From contig OZ287707.1 of NCBI GenBank assembly GCA_965649825.1, positions 62,001-126,000 on the forward strand: 64,000 nucleotides of DNA, in the 5' to 3' direction. This document shows positions 34,930-47,370 of the stretch, piece by piece. The number at the start of each line of letters is the position of its first letter. Position 1 is the first letter of the stretch. Made by a program: the position numbers and the translations under genes. The notes beneath the pieces were generated by a model. The model worked only from the letters and a program-made list of their open reading frames with translations, was not told the DNA's origin and made no database searches. The DNA is from Penicillus capitatus (Eukaryota; Plantae; Chlorophyta).

Positions 34930-37900
34930 TCAGGGAATCTCTCCGCTGGGCTGTGTCGCTGGTGTTTGCCCCGAGAAGTTCGATGGGGGTGGTGGATTGT
35001 TACTACTTCCGTTAGGAGGTCTCCTGTTATTTCTTCCCTGTCTGGGCATGGGTCCTGCGGCACCTGAAAACTTGGACGGATTCCATACACGTTGATTCGG
35101 TGGCACCAATTGACTATAATAATTGCCCCACATCATCGCAATTCTCTGCTGGTCTGGCATTCCAGGCGGCATTGGATGTGGTCTCCACATCGGTTCTTGC
35201 ATTCCACCCATGAAAGGAGGTGGCATACCAGGAACAAACATTGGATACGGACTCGGCATTCCTGGTGGGATAAATCCATTCACCATGGCATTGGCTTGAG
35301 GCGTTCCAGGTCTGGGTGCTGGGATCTCTGAGTGCCATACCCCTGTTCCTGGAAAAGACGGCCAAGGTGTCACGACATTTGACGGAGGTACAAAAGGTGG
35401 GCGTGGGCCAGGAGGTGGAGGATTTCCGCCATAATCTGGTGGTACTCCTTCTCCAGGTCCAGCTGTTGGTTTAGGTGTTTGCGGTTGAACAGATCCGTTA
35501 GGCGGGGGCGGGACAACAGGAGGAGGAATTTCTCCTGGTTGGGATGATGACCTGGCATCATACTCTACTGGGGGCGGCGCTGCATAAGATGGTGTTGGAT
35601 GCTGTTCTGCTCCAGAAGATCCATCGACCGTGTTCACCACCGGCTTGAATGCTTTGGCCTTTGGATTTAACTGAAAACGACGACCACTTCTTCCTACTGC
35701 TTCCATCTGTCCTCCATCTTCACGGACGGCGCCTTCTGATACTGGAGAGAAAGAGCCGTGAGGCTGGCTACCATATGGCGCTGGTGGTGGCATCGATGAT
35801 ATTCCGTCTGGTGTTGGCCCTCTGGGAGGACCCGTTGGTGGACCAAAGTTGCCATATTGTCCCCCATGAGGGTGGCCAACGGGCGGCGGCATTTCTGGGT
35901 AGACACCATGTCCAGCAGGCGGCATCATTCCTATTGACCCATGCGATGTCATCTCATGTGGTGGAAGGTAGATCACAGGGGGATGTGGAACGGTCATAGG
36001 CGACAATAAGTGCTCTTCTGAGGGCAGTCCTCTGTTAGCGGTTCCTGGATGCAATTCATTGCGTCGTGGATTGGAGATCAGTTTTCCGGGATAATTGCCT
36101 TGGCGTGGGGACTGTACGACTGGATCGTTTGTGGGATCCACAAAACTGCTTTGCGATTTCGTCTGAGCATGTCCACTACTGCTGCTGTGCGGAGTCTTCT
36201 GTTTTGCTGGGGCCTGTGGTTTTGGCGAACTACTCTTCAGATTGGCTGTGAGCTTATCTCTGAATGAGATTCCTGGCACGACTGTCGATGTCGGTTTCTT
36301 GGGCTCCGGTTTCCGGATCGTGGGAGAGGCAACACCGCCAATCTCTTCAAGGGATGGTTCCTTAATTCCTTCTTCGAGTGATTCTTGCTGCGGTGGAGTA
36401 ATGACTTCTGCTTTCACTGGGATTGATTCGTTCGTTGGCGGTCCCCAAACGGGATCTCGATAGTACTGAGGAGCGGCAGGCTTGTCCACGGAGACGTCCT
36501 CCGTTATCATTGCAAATCCAGTGGGACGTTCTCCGACAGTCGATGGCTCAGCCTGGTGACTCAAGGACGAATATCCGCCAGTACTGAACAGTGATTCCTT
36601 GTCTTTTCCATAGACATAGTCGGGATGTGAGGGACTGGAGTCTTGCGGAGGCAATGTGGTCAGGGACGGTTCGTAAACAAAAGACTTCTGAGCACTGACT
36701 CGTTTTTCAGGATAAGACGGTTGGCCGTCATATACAGCAGCGCTGCTCATTTGATGCGGTCGGACGCATTCCGTAGATGATGTGGCATAATTGTGTGCAA
36801 CGTTCTGAAAAGCTGGCCTCGGTTCTCTTGGACTCTCAGGTTCTTTTTTGTCAGGCGTTTTCCGAACAGTTTCTATCACAGCTTGCTTTGAGGGCAGCGG
36901 TGTGGATGTGGAAGTGCCTTTAACGGCATCGACCCAAGACAACGGCTTCGCCTTGGGCACAGATTCAACCTTGACAGTTGGAGGCGGTGGTGATGGCGGC
37001 GGCAGTGGCGATGATCCTTCTTCATCTTCATGAACCTAGAAACAAACAAACGAATGCCTATGATGTCCTTTCCCGCTGCAAAGGCAGACGTACGCCAGAA
37101 TCGTCAATCGCTGCTGCAGGGAGATTCCGTGGTGCGGATTCGATCTCTGCCGCAATTCTTTCAGCTTCTTCTTTGGTATATCTTGACTTCTGTACATCTA
37201 GTTTGCTCGTATAGTCATTCATATCGAAGGTTGACTGCACTCCGGCATTTGCATGGGCCTTAAACTGACACCAGTCACTCGTATCACCATCTAAAACAAT
37301 ATCTTCATCCGCAGCCTCTCCTCCATTCCAGGCAACCAATGGACGTTCCACCATCCGCCTATCACACAAAACGAGGCGACAGTCCAGTTAGCAGACAGAG
37401 TTCCCAAGCACATACTCTTTCCCTTCGGCGACTGCAGCTGTAGCTGCCCGTTTTCTATCTCCAGTGAATCCTGCCATATCGTCGTCATCATCCACTGGCA
37501 GATTTTCGTATTCCGCCTTTTCACCGACCTCTTCCTGTTCATCGTATTTATCATCACTTCTGCACACCATTTTCATTTCCCTCGGCAAATGAGACAGGAG
37601 GATACATACACGTTCCGGTTATGGACCCTGTCCATATCTCCATTCTGCGACTTGCTCGGCGACGTTGGCGATAAAGGAATACCGACTGCCTTCATTTGCA
37701 CGAATTCGGTGGAAGGTATGACCAATGTCTCGTGCAACGGTGATTCTGTTGTCGCCGTATCGCACACTTTTCTCGCGTTCTTCAGCGTGATGTGGATGTT
37801 CTTGCTTCCCAGAACCGGTCCGTAAAGTGTCCCTTCAAATTCGACGCCGCTTTTTACCTACCCATCCGTCTTTGACTTGGAAGGACCCGTCGACGGAACG

Positions 37901-38118
37901 TAGCTTACTTGAATCGTGACACGTCGTCCCATCGCAGCGGCGAATGTATAAACCAACCGCGGATCGTGTGGCAACGGAGGTGATTTTTGACTGGTGTTTC
38001 GAACGGCTGCCGTTTGGCTACCGCTCCCTCGGCTTGCGTCACTGTACCTCTGCGACACATCTTTCGTCTGCGATGATGTCTGTCTGCGAACGGCGTCCAC
38101 GTATCGTGGAGCAGGCAT
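34930..38118 (-). CDS. ATXN2: Ataxin-2/PBP1/CID3-4 homolog (Lsm, LsmAD, PAM2)
   Basis: LVYTFAAAMGRRVTIQ, DWCQFKAH..STFDMNDYTSKLD..AERIAAEIE (LsmAD), FQLNPKAKAFKP (PAM2), Pro-rich tail. Confidence 0.9.
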
Positions 38119-38236
38119 CTCTCCTTTATTCACGAAAGATGGAACCTCCGAATTCAGAACGCAATTCTTCGCAGAATGACGTGACCACTGATCTTCAGTG
38201 AATTCCAGTGCATTTTATTGTGAAATCACATATTTC

Positions 38237-39361
38237 ATGGCGGGTATTGCTTGTTGTTGTCCAGCAGACATCGGCATTAAATTCTCCGCTGCAAAATGGT
38301 CTTATTTCGCTCTCTTCACATTCTCTGCCGCAATAACGTGGATACTGCGAGACTATGCAGATGACGCTCTGGACTGGGTGCCAGAAATGGACTCCTGCAA
38401 AGATGAGGATGGTAGTGGAAATGCCTGTTTTGGGAAAGGCGCTGTTCTCCGCCTCAGCTTTGCCCTCTTCGTATTTCATGTCTTTCACGCACTGGTCCTC
38501 ATTCAATGTCAATACACCGAAGATCCACGAACAAGCTTCCATACGGAATGTCTCGGCATTCAATGGCTTGCATGGATGGGTCTGGTGATCCTTGCATTCT
38601 TCATTCCCGATGACTTCTACAAAACTTACGGCGAATTTGCCCGTGTCCTATCTGGACTCTTCCTCGTCTTCCAAGCTCTTGTGCTAATCAATCTTGTGTA
38701 CATTGTGAATGAGTCGATGCTGGATCGTGAAGAATGCATTTTTCCATTAGTCGGTGGTGCTTTACTCACATTCTCCCTCTCGACAGCATTCATCATTGTT
38801 GCCTATGTGTTCTATGCACCCAGTGGGAGCTGCAGTCTCAATGTGTTTTGGATTACATGGACGCTCATTTTGGCCATCGTCGTGACATTCATTTCGATTT
38901 CCAAATGGAGAATTGAGAGTGCAGGACTGTTTACATCCGGCATCGTTGTGACCTATTGTTCTTTCCTGCTCCTCTCTGCTCTGAACAGTAAACGAGCCGA
39001 TGACTGCGTCGCTCATGGTGGTGTGGGATCGGAATGGATTCAGATTGTGAGCTTTATTCTGGCCTTGGGTGCTGTCTTGCTATCCACACTATCAGTTGGG
39101 ACAGCGGATGTTACAGGCAATGATGGTGCAGGAGAGCCACTGCCCTATCGACCTGATTACTTTCACCTGATCTTTGCTCTCGGTGCTCTGTACATTGCCA
39201 TGCTCTTTACCAACTGGAATCTGGAAGACGTGGCTGGAGACCTCGAAATCGACAAAGGAAGACGAAGCGCATGGATCAAAATTGGCTCTCAGTGGCTGAT
39301 CTTTGTTCTCTATTCATGGACAATGCTGGCACCGAAGATTCTCGTTAACAGGGAGTTTTGA
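38237..39361 (+). CDS. SERINC: SERINC/TDE family multipass membrane protein, intronless
   Basis: CFGKGAVLRLSFAL, YGEFARVLSGLFLVFQAL, LFTSGIV..YCSFLLLSAL, YFHLIFALGALYIAMLFTNW, WIKIGSQW..YSWTMLAP. Confidence 0.92.
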   Translation: MAGIACCCPADIGIKFSAAKWSYFALFTFSAAITWILRDYADDALDWVPEMDSCKDEDGSGNACFGKGAVLRLSFALFVFHVFHALVLIQCQYTEDPRTSFHTECLGIQWLAWMGLVILAFFIPDDFYKTYGEFARVLSGLFLVFQALVLINLVYIVNESMLDREECIFPLVGGALLTFSLSTAFIIVAYVFYAPSGSCSLNVFWITWTLILAIVVTFISISKWRIESAGLFTSGIVVTYCSFLLLSALNSKRADDCVAHGGVGSEWIQIVSFILALGAVLLSTLSVGTADVTGNDGAGEPLPYRPDYFHLIFALGALYIAMLFTNWNLEDVAGDLEIDKGRRSAWIKIGSQWLIFVLYSWTMLAPKILVNREF

Positions 39362-40216
39362 TACCACATAAACAAACTTCGCCAAGAACGGCGTCATCAT
39401 CGAACACACAAATGTTGTGCATTCAAGAACAATACGTTTTATGCCTTTCTCTGTTGGAAAACAGTCCTTAAGTGAACGGCGGCGATCTCTCGATGTATTT
39501 ATAACAACCATATCTGGTGCAATAAGTGTGAATCTCTAGTACATGTCTGAAATTATGTCGCATGCTGTAACCTCTCAGGCTCTCTTGTTTAAGAAAAGAT
39601 ACTTGTGCGATGCTTTCGCAACAGTATTTCTAAAAAAGAACGTTCAAGTCTATGCGATGTTTTGCTTCTAGGTGATTTTTTTTGTTCAAAGAAGGATCTC
39701 CCAACTTGTCAAGGATATGAAGCACCATGTTGTCATCTCTGCAGAGATCATCGAATAGCGAGGATTCAAAACAAGGAAAAGATCAGTAGAAGTTATCCAA
39801 GGAGTGGAAAAATGGAGGGAAAGTCCTCAAATCTTCGAAGGAATCAAGCGAAGGAATGCTACGAGAAGAAGAAAAAAGTCACGACGCCCAATGCTCTCGA
39901 CGACTTTGTTCAACAGAAGATCTCTCCAACTCAGAGATCCAGAAAGCGAGCTGTCAGGAAACGGGGCTCCGAGACTCCTCCGTTCTCGTGAAAACTAGTG
40001 CCTGTGGAAGACGGCACACATTCTATGTTCCCTATTAAGGAAGCCAATCAGCTAAGCGTTAGAAAATTCGAAGAAGACAAGGTGAAAGCTAAAAACCCAT
40101 TGACATACGAAGAAGGGATGTCGCTTAAAATGATTGTCGTTTGCCATGTGGTCTGGGAGTTATACCGAGGAGAACATACCAACAAATCACATCGGCCGTT
40201 CCACCACTCCGCGGTT

Positions 40217-40416
40217 AGCTGCACGAAGGTAGACAGCTTCTTCTTAATTGAGATATTCATCGTGGAGATCAATGACGTAATGGTGTCGCGTTGTCGGTTG
40301 ACGACGAAAACTTATAGCTTACAGAAGACTGTTGTAACAATTGATTGTTCGGATTTATACGCGTCGAATGTCACATCAACGCGTCTCCGTCATCAGCTGC
40401 ACGAAGGTGGACAGCT
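40217..40416. repeat. 22-bp direct repeat, two copies (40217-40238, 40395-40416), 21/22 identical
   Basis: AGCTGCACGAAGGT(A/G)GACAGCT. Each copy is self-complementary at its ends (AGCTG..CAGCT). Shared downstream words ACGTAATGG and CGCGTTGTC suggest an old tandem duplication. Confidence 0.8.
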
Positions 40417-41908
40417 GTTCACTGACAAATGGTTACGTAATGGAACGAATCAATTGGCACAAAACTCGAAGAGATGCACCGCGTTGTCTCCCTGAAGCAC
40501 ACAAACTGAGAACGTAGCCATGATAAGAGACGACCGGACAGCTACATGGCAGTGCGATTTGAAGGCGTAGATGTAGAGAGTCATGATGTGACAAGAGTGA
40601 GAAAAATGCATGCGATTTTGTCTGAAGTGATGTCTCGGCGTCGAGTAGGAGCTGTCGGAGAGGTCACATGATAGCATTTGCTACGAAATTCCCTTTGCCT
40701 TTTCGTAATTATCCTAGATCTAGAAAAAACCATATCCGACAAGATCTCACGCTTTTTAAGAAACCGTCATACAAATCGTGCTAGATTACATTCGCCTCAA
40801 TGCAACATGTTTTCGATCATGTTAAGAGAGGCGACGACGACGATGTTTGAGCTGACAAAGACAGTGTCAAGAATCTTTTAAACGATTAACATAAACACGG
40901 AATTAATACGGACGCTAACGACGACAAGAAGGACACACTCGGATGAAGCACTGGAAGTCGAGATTGTGTACACGGACAATGCCGCCACTAAATACACTCA
41001 GGATGGTCGGGGATTGCCTAACCTCACGTCTAAGGCTGAGAACTTCAGCCCACCTTCGGCAACCATCATCCGACCGTTAGTAGAAAGTCAGGTCGGAGGA
41101 AAACACTCGTTGCGAACGTTGGTCGGCGCGCCAGGGTGATTTGCACCGACACAACCGTTTCGGATGGCTACGGCGAACGACGTGACATTTGCATCTTCTT
41201 CGGATAGGGACGCTCTCGCTTCGCTTCTCTTGTGTGGAGAGTCCGTTGATGTGACGTTTCAATGAGCGCACGCCACTGCTCTTGATCGTGAAGCTGCCTG
41301 GGAGGAAAGGGAGGTGGATGCGAAGGCGCACGAAATGCATTTCTCACTCTCAAAGCCAAATTTCTCCACCATCCGCCTCAACGAATTCTCGGCGTTTTTC
41401 TCAGAGAACACCAAAGAAATGGCTTTCTTTCGTTCGCTTTCATCGCTTGACAGCTTCTTCGCAGTTTATCTCTCGAATCCGAATCTCGAAGAACGTATTC
41501 ACAGGCACCGCCTCCGTCGGCACCGTCGCACGATCTAACGTAAGAAGCACAGCTTGTGATAGTTTGAGTCCCATACGCTGAACCACGTGCAGATTTGGAG
41601 AGAGCACTGGATGGATGGACAAACGACGTCGATATCTTAATCGACTCTTAGACGCCGTATATGAACTCCATAAACCCAGGTCAACGCTGCGAAGCGACAA
41701 AAGTAGTTCTTCAACTCTTGCATCATTCTTGCGAGAGTTTCGCTAAAGAAGCACTGATGGAATGGTCGAGTGGAAAAGAGTAGAAGACAAGCCGCAAGCA
41801 AGAACGAAGCGCACAAAGAGCTACTGTACAGCGAAAGACTTGTGTTTCAAGATTGGCAGAGAAGCAGGGCACATTCCTCTTATCATTATGGATTCGAAGA
41901 CAAAAGAA

Positions 41909-42999
41909 CTATCCTTTCTTGTCCAACATGGCCTTTATAGAGTAGCCATCTCCTTTCTTGACGGCAGCAGAACGTCTGGGTCCTATCATGTCCATGATGT
42001 AAGATCCGATGGTCGGGATGTATTGCATGATGTATGCCATCAAGAGTATTGGCTGTTTCGCCATCCAGCATTCTCGCATGCGATGTTCAATGGCCAAAGC
42101 AATAAGCTTCACAGCCTTGTGCACTGGCAGTCCCTTGGTTTGCGCAACCTCTTTCTTGACGATTCCTTCCTCATGATAGGCAAATCTCATTAATACATCT
42201 TCTTCAAATCGGATCGGACCGGGACAGCAAATAGTGACCCCAATGGACGTCGCAGACAATTCTGTCCGGACTGTGTGAAAGTATCCCATGAATGCGTGCT
42301 TTGTGGCAGCATAGATGGCCTGACCGGGCGCCGGCATTATCCCAGCCATGCTGGAGATCACAACAATGTGCCCTTTTCCTCTGTCCACCATCCCAGGTAA
42401 CACTGCCTGAGTCAAAGCCAACGGACCAATCGTATTCAACTGAAACATCGCGTCGACGACATGAGCCTTTGTTTTTGCCGCCAGCGCATGCTGCGACATT
42501 CCTAAAAGCAGATGAGATGATATGCTTCAACTGTCTATTTCTCTTCTGTCAATCCAGACCTGCATTGTGAATCAAGTAGTCAACTCCTTCTGGAAAAGAG
42601 GAGTGGGCACGTGCCGCAATATCATCCCAGTTGGCACCGCAAAGATCGAATGGCAATGTACGAATTCTGTCAGGATCACCACCGCAAGCATCTGCCACTC
42701 TCTAGAAACAGGTGTATGCAGAGGCATTGACACGAAAAGCAAAGAACCTGAAGATGGTCGGCATTTCTGGAAGAGAGGATAAGTTTGGCCCCTCTCTGTG
42801 CAAAATGCCGCGCTAGTATCTCTCCCAAACCTCGAGAGGCACCCGTTATCCAAATGACCTTTCCTGCGAAGGTCTGTGGATGCTGTCCTTTGAAGACCTG
42901 CACGAGCCACAGTAGAATATCGCGATCTGCGAATTTTAGCCATAGGCCTCCGATGCCAATGCCGACGATGGCTGCCCAGACACTAGGCCACGACACCAT
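41909..42999 (-). CDS. Short-chain dehydrogenase/reductase, DHRS7-like with N-terminal membrane anchor
   Basis: VIWITGASRGLG (TGxxxGxG), LNTIG, ISSMAG, YAATK (YxxxK). Confidence 0.9.
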
Positions 43000-43086
43000 T
43001 TGAAGGGCAGTGAATGGGAAACGTCACGTCCAGAGATAAAGTAGCCACCCGAAGAGCCAGTCGTGAAATTTGCATCTCGCCGCACC

Positions 43087-44192
43087 ATGCTTGCTCAGGC
43101 TCGACGCCGTCTACAAACTCGGCTACTAAATCGTAAGATAAAATCCATCCTTTGTCTCGTCTTTCTTTATCCGATCCTCTACGGATGCAGTCGCACGACA
43201 CTTGATTAAGATGCAGTATTAAAGTGTTTCGTGTCCAGATCTGCGGATCGATATTGAGTCTGTTCAACTGCAGGCCGTGAGGACAACGACTGTTCTCTGT
43301 GTCAGGAAAAAGAATGATGTTGAGCTGTCAGGTTATATGGGGTATGCTGCAATCTTCATGCTCGTAGGTGGTGTTGGTGGCGGATGGTCAAGTGACAGTG
43401 GGCAATCATGTTCAGAAGCCGAATGTGCACAAGCTCAGACGTATTAGCAACAAAGTCATTGCAGGATTTGCTGGTCCGATCATAGATCCAGTCAGAAGTT
43501 GTGAGATTCGCTATTCTCTTCTTAGGTTCAACGGCAGATGCTTTCTCGCTTCTTGACAATTTAGAAATCAAAATAGAACAGTATCCAGGTAAGGATCGTC
43601 GGAATGGCTCTCAATGCATCCAAGGAATGCAGATCAGATTGTAAGGGCGGCAGTAGAATTGGCCAAGCTCTGGAGAACAGACAAGTTCTTGCGAAGGCTT
43701 GATGTACGAATGGGTGTGGGGTCTGCTTTTGTCATCGACACTGTGTTCTAGGCTGCCATGATTGTTGCAGATGCAGATACCGTGTTGGAGATCACAGGCC
43801 AAGGCGACGTCCTAGAACCGCATGATGGAATCCTAGGTGCGTCTTATGCGCATCTGTCGATGTTACTCCCGACAGACGTATCCTTTTCTAGCCATCGGTT
43901 CTGGGAGCAGCTTTGCCGTCGCCGCTGCGCGTGCTCTTATCGACCTCCCTGACTTGGCATCAAAACAAATAGGTGCATTCGATGGTAGATGATCTGCTTT
44001 CCTTAGCTCTCTGCTTGCGTGCTGCATTCAGCTGAGAAAGCAATGAAGATCGCAGCGGATGCTGACATCTACACGAATCACAATTTCATGTGGGAAATAT
44101 TGGACATTGAGCAAATCAAGAAAGACGAAGAAAAGAAGGAGAAGCAACTCGAAGAGGAATCCAAATCATCGCTTCCCAAATCAACCTCATGA
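43087..44192 (+). CDS. hslV: HslV (ClpQ) Ntn-hydrolase protease subunit with probable mitochondrial presequence
   Basis: Spliced TTTVLCVRK..VADGQVTVG..VIAGFAG|STADAFSL..AAVELAKLWRTDKFLRRLD|AAMIVAD..ITGQGDVLEP..AIGSG..AARAL..YTNHN. Joining of the presequence exons is unresolved. Confidence 0.9.
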
Positions 44193-44303
44193 TGACAGAT
44201 TGCCAGCCCATCGAGGACATATCTGTTACTCTTATTCCAACAGGAGCCTGTTCATGGATCAATGAACCAGTCCACGCTCTTCTATGGGAGTGTCTTGGCG
44301 ATG

Positions 44304-47227
44304 TTATCGAATCGCCTTGAGTCTTTCTTTCATCCCATGCAGCGTCGAGAAATCTGTCGCTTCCCATCCTAACAGTTCTTCCTGGGCATTTAGTTCCTCG
44401 GCATCTTCGATGTGTTTCCGGACAGTCTCTGTCATCTTCAACAGCTGCAACGGCAATCGGAAAGGGACGATTTGGAGAGGGACGAAAGATGTACCCTCTG
44501 TCTGAATCTCTCTCTTCTCTTCGTTGCCCCTTCGAGCTCCATTTCGTTCACAGACGTTGTCATCTCGGTCACAGTTAACATTAGTGCAGTGATCTTCTCT
44601 CTGAGCGGTTCCTCACAACCTCTCATGAAGGCCAATGTACGGACAGTTGTTTCCTTCAGAGCGGACAGCAGCTTGGAAGGCCAATGGCTTGCCTGCAGGA
44701 CACTATCCAGAATCCACTCAGAGATTGGACACCTGCAGCGTCACATCATGAATACCGACTGCATCGTGTACAGATGACCAACAAACCTGTGCTTTACAAG
44801 GAAATCGAATTTTTCTTTGATCGAGTCCACGATCTCTTTCTGCGATTTCGTAAAAGCATCCGATTCTGCGATGTCGTCTCTCATTTGAATGGCTTCTCTG
44901 AGAGATACGATATCCTTTTCCAGTGTTTTTGACCTTGCTTCGAACTGCTCGATCAATTCTGTGCTGTCCTGTTCCATCTTTGTCTTTATCTTTTCGAGAA
45001 TGATCTGCTCAATTTCACGCGCTTTGCCGATCAACTGATTCTTAATGTCCTTCGTCGAAATCATGAATAATCCTGAATGTTATGGATCTTTTCCCGCAGG
45101 TAAGTAGGCAGAGCAAAACCTGCAGGGATTTCATCCTGACAGATGTACTGTAGTTCTTGAGATCGCTTTCTTAGCATCTGTATCCTGAATTCCATCACCA
45201 CTGTGGATGCATTCGCAGCCTCGCGTGCTTCGGCAAGAAGAACCGGATCAAGAAGATCATCTGTGTATTCATCGAACAGTCGACACATCTGAATCGAGGC
45301 ACTGAAATCCTTCTCCAGGATCTGAAGTGTTTTCTAGAATAAATCAATCGCTTTATGAACATAGGAGATATCTTTAATGCGCCTTTTTGGTATCAGAAAC
45401 AACCCAATCTTTCTCCTTCTCTTGATCGCTGCGCGCTGAACCCTTCGCCTCGTCGATGATAGCCGAACTGAGACTTGGAATATCTGAAATCGTATTGGCA
45501 CATCTGTCCAACAGATCCACGAGCGCCTCAGCGATATCGTTCAGAGTTGGACTGGTCACGACTCTTCTTCCTTAGATCAAGAGACTGTCAGGTCCAGTCT
45601 ATGCAAACAGCGATCTCTGTTCGTTACCTTCACAGACTACGCGAAGGACGAAAACTGGTTTCTGTAACGGATAGGAGTAGACATCGGGATCCACTGTGGC
45701 AGTCGATGATGCAAATGGCTCGAGCAGGTCTGGCAAACATGGACTGTCTGGTCGGTGACTTCCATATTGCCTTACCGCTAAGACACGACACAGATTCGTG
45801 CAGTAGAGACTTGAGCTGAATACGTTGCAATGCATCCAGACAATGCAGATAGGCGTTTTTCTTAGCCACAGCACCTTCCTCTTCTTCTCCCATTAAACAA
45901 TCCATCTAACGACAAGTAGGCAGCTCTCTCTACCCATAGCGCCTAGGATCATACTGCGCGAGGAATCCATGATGTCAAGAGATGCCCTTTTCTCAACTCC
46001 AAGTTCTGGCCCTGAAGATAAAAAGCGGGACGCTTCTCCAACCGATCATGGAGAGAGAAGCCACTTGAATCTGTTTGAATGCAGAGAGTTCGAGTGGCAT
46101 CAAAGCATCCAGATCTTCAGGCGGCTGAAGCAGACTTCGATTCTGAAAACTGCTCATCCAAATGCTTCTCAACATCATAACGCTTCTGCGATATCTGTAG
46201 AGGCTCTTCTCTGCGATTCTCTTGTTATCCGAATAGCTTTGCTTCCATTGTTCAGGAATGCAGATGAACAGTGGAGCTTTGTACAATATCTTCTGTGCTT
46301 CCGACAGAGAAATAAATGGAACAAGTGCCTTAAGCTTCAGTCTTTGCGTAACGGATGAGCAATGTAAGGCGTAATCAAGTATCGACCGTCTGATCGCTAA
46401 TTGATACAGTTCATGCACTTCCTCTAAACTGAATCAAACAAACAGAGTATTGGAGATGGAGGGTATTGAAGCAACACGATTCAATACCAAACGCTTGATA
46501 GATCGTCCGACTCAAGGAATGGACGTTTCAGCCGATCGATGACTTGGTCGGGCATCTGCGCCAGTTCAGCCGTCGAAATGCCTTCTTTAAGATATCGAAG
46601 AAAGAGCATCTGGGCTTCATGGACTTCGGATGCACACGTGTGCTTCATTTCTAGAGCTTTTAGGAATCTGGATTTCAGGATTCGTTGGAACTGTGTGAAG
46701 AAAGTTTCGTTTTCGATGGAGTGCGGTCCTATCGTCTTACGCAACACAGTTTCCAATTCAGCCATCGATTCTAGCGCGACTCGTTCTAGTTGGCCAACGG
46801 CAGACGACCGTTTTCGCTCTGGAGCCAAAAGCGTTCTGTCGACATTCAGCGGTGCGATACAGAGATTGCCGTTCTCCTCTGAAGCTTCGCCGCCGAACGT
46901 TGCCTTGTTCACTCTGTTTAGATGTTGACTCTTTCGTTTCTGCTGAGTTGTATGCGACGCAGACGGCCGTTTCACATAAAGACAGCCAATTCTGCTGGAC
47001 ACTGACAGACACTGTGGGTTCGCCGGATTCTCCGCCAGTGAACTTCTGGTAAACAGCGGACGTGTATTCAAAACCGGACTCAGATCACTGTCTCCCATCT
47101 GCGGTAGGTGCACACGTCTTCGTCTATCCTCGATCGTTTGAGGACTGACACTTACGACGACATGACTTGCTGTGTTCCAAAGAAAACATGGTTCTTCAAA
47201 GACAAGGCCCTTGTAGAATGGATCCAT
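44304..47227 (-). CDS. Inner-arm dynein heavy-chain N-terminal tail only; no motor domain (truncated gene or possible pseudogene)
   Basis: LAIRRSILDYAL, IPEQW, LRSIW..F, LTSWIPRA, IQLKSLLHES, SHWPSKL, AEELNAQEELLGWEATDF, then TAA at 44304-44306. HslV converges at 44192. Confidence 0.7.
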
Positions 47228-47370
47228 CGATGGCTCGCTTGGATTGCGGCGCCTTTGCGCAGAGAATATCGCAGGCGACAGTTACAGACAGACGATCGTT
47301 TTTTGCGCTCGAGAAAGACGGCGATGCGGCACGACAAACACCTGTCATCGTTAATTTCAAAGCAGAGTTT

